From assembly GCA_965248265.1 (NCBI GenBank), contig CBDFJF010000002.1:672001-736000 (forward strand): a stretch of 64,000 bases of DNA, given 5' to 3'. Position 1 is the stretch's first letter, and each line of letters begins with the position of its first letter. This document shows positions 63,820-64,000 of the stretch, piece after piece. Below the pieces are notes generated by a model. That model ran no database searches. It had not been told where the DNA came from and saw nothing but the letters and a program-made list of their open reading frames with translations. Origin of the DNA: Candidatus Latescibacterota bacterium. GTDB lineage: Bacteria; Latescibacterota; UBA2968; UBA8231. The position numbers were made by a program, and so were the translations under genes.

Positions 63820-64000
63820 ATGGCAGATGATGCACAAACACGAGTACGAAGAGTGGATTCAGCCGCTGTGGTAGAGGCCCCCGAATACATAAACAACATC
63901 GGCGGAGAGAGTCTGGCGGAGGCCTGCAAGGGCCTGATGGATGGCAATGTTTTGGGGATCGTCCTGAACCTGGAAAGCTGTAACATAGCCAACAGTGTGG
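63820..64000 (+). CDS. STAS-domain anti-sigma factor antagonist (RsbV-like), truncated by the window end
   Basis: MADDAQTRVRRVDSAAVVEAPEYINNIGGESLAEACKGLMDGNVLGIVLNLESCNIANSV...; NS falls at the DSxG phosphoacceptor position; GGAG upstream. Confidence 0.75.
   Translation, partial: MADDAQTRVRRVDSAAVVEAPEYINNIGGESLAEACKGLMDGNVLGIVLNLESCNIANSV

Overview
GC-rich bacterial chromosomal segment, mostly housekeeping genes: gcvH-accC-accB-efp; recN-xseB-xseA-ymdB-rny-zapA-zapB-pheT-pheS-rplT-rpmI; surE; bioY-accD behind an ECF sigma/anti-sigma pair; TPR-exbB-exbD-exbD-tonB; nrdR-nrdJ; map; topA-xerC-like-hslV-hslU; pheA-thyA; and three tRNAs (Lys-CTT, Cys-GCA, Leu-TAA). The gene content suggests a diderm, possibly an FCB-group candidate lineage such as Latescibacterota; this is inference, not tested. 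Accessory parts are a frameshifted hybrid kinase next to tRNA-Lys, a catabolic/transport cluster after tRNA-Leu, two MITE-like inverted-repeat elements and several short tandem duplications. The strongest candidate for an undescribed system is at the right end (58.7-64 kb). There a GAF-PAS-adenylate cyclase is fused to a C-terminal RsbW-type anti-sigma kinase, between a paralogous stand-alone RsbW and a STAS protein. It is divergent from a histidine kinase with a paralogous GAF, a receiver protein and a cNMP-binding protein. Second is an intact XerC-like gene that lacks its catalytic Tyr/His/Lys residues. All product calls come from motif recognition by eye; no searches were run.
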